Origin: Rotaria sordida
Taxonomy: Eukaryota
Direction of reading: 5' to 3'
Length of the DNA stretch: 22,209 nucleotides
Assembly: GCA_905250005.1 (NCBI GenBank)
Contig: CAJNOH010000455.1
Span: 59,029-81,237 of the forward strand
Every line of letters begins with the position of its first letter. Within the stretch, counting starts at the first letter, position 1. Positions 20,961-22,209 of this stretch are shown in pieces. Under the pieces are notes generated by a model that saw only the letters and a list, made by a program, of their open reading frames with translations, had not been told where the DNA came from and made no database searches. Position numbers and translations under genes: made by a program.

Positions 20961-22209
20961 TGAAATAGATGAAAAGAAACAGTACAGGATACTCATACAG
21001 GCATTCCCCCGAACACCGACATGAAGAAGTTGAGCTAGTCCAACAGTCATATCTACCTTTATAAATACATGGTATATTAGTGTCGACAGTGGTTATAAAA
21101 TAGTGTATTATACAGAAAGAGTTGAGCATTCGGCCAAGGATCGAGCAAATCACAGCGATGAATGTTTATTATGTATTCAAGTGTACAATGAAATACGAAG
21201 TCCTTCGTAGAATGGTGAAACTTTGCTAACCCTCAATAATTATATTTTTGAATAGATAGTTAATGCATTTGACTATTGTTAACCGTTGTATATCATTTTT
21301 GAACGATGTCTACAATCTTACATCATACAGGAACGCGGATTGCTCTGTATACTCTATCAGAAATGAATTTCGTGGCGGGGCAATGAAATTTTCCATTGAT
21401 TGTATTCATTCATAGTATATTCTCACATTGCATGCGTAATTTTTGATAAGTACGGCCATTTTCAACAAACCCTGCACTTGAAAGATGCTCACATAACATA
21501 AAAGAATGAAAGATAAGATAAGAAAATATTTTCATCGTCTAAAAAAAATAACATACGAATCATTTGATAAAAAAAAACGAGCGGTTTCACACATAAAATA
21601 TAAGCTAAAGTCGATAACAACGTATCATTTAAAGTTTTACAACCATTTTGGCTACACTTATTTGACTGCGGTAAGTCACTTATTAGTATAATTTGAATAG
21701 CAAATGAAATTTATTTAAAAGCCTTATACATAGTGAAAATATAATCGAATTAATCGATAGAACGAAGACAACAATGAAATCGATAAGTAGCATTCATCGA
21801 GACTCGATTCACTTGGCCCTAGACTGATGGAATAGAGATATGCATACAGACAAATCTAGGTATAAACGTGCATGAAGTAAGGTACCAGATAAATACAAGA
21901 TGTGACTTGATATATAACATCGACTTGTTTCATAAAATTAGCTTTTTCGTAATATACTACTTGATTTTTATGTTCACAAAGAAAAATATTTTGAATATTC
22001 TACACTCCTAATTGAGTTCAGTTTATATAAGCAATGATATTGGTTTTTCTACAGAAATTTTGTCGAATTCTTTTATCTTTGCATTTTTATAACTATATTC
22101 GCTTTTGTTCTTTCATACTATCCTTAAAACTTTATTAATACGGTACGAAGCACAACATTTATGTAGTCCTTCGCGAGTTTTCTTTCTTTCTTACTTTCCA
22201 GACATATGC

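Noticed and set aside
20687-21153. 77-aa plus ORF and 149-aa minus ORF
   Set aside because: Both overlap the G/T-rich degenerate repeat block; W/V/G-rich or H/T-rich content reflects the repeat.

Overview
This looks like an AT-rich eukaryotic nuclear window. Compact spliced genes, GT/AG introns of 50-67 nt and telomere-like TGTGGG motifs are most consistent with a bdelloid rotifer; the taxon is an inference. The best-supported feature is a complete five-exon nicotinate phosphoribosyltransferase (NAPRT) gene on +, join(3613..3748, 3816..4004, 4059..4349, 4400..4968, 5036..5473), 540 codons plus stop. It converges on a minus-strand gene or 3' exon with a PARP/ADP-ribosyltransferase catalytic domain (about 6731..7651). 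A minus-strand single-exon rhodopsin-like 7TM receptor follows (9000..9953). A 367-bp near-perfect full-length foldback (13842..14208) flanked by TA looks like a recently inserted Tc1/mariner-type MITE. The ORF track hides two structures. One is a 333-codon minus-strand frame (18350..19348) broken by four in-frame stops (one TAG, one TAA, two TGA) with no frameshift. The other is a 214-codon minus-strand frame (16699..17340) broken by a single TAG. Several TGTGGG-like G/T-rich inverted repeats sit between the NAPRT, PARP and GPCR genes, and a strongly strand-asymmetric G/T-rich block of about 370 bp lies near 20587..20960. I found no CRISPR array, rRNA or convincing tRNA. I cannot establish a definite new biological system from sequence alone.
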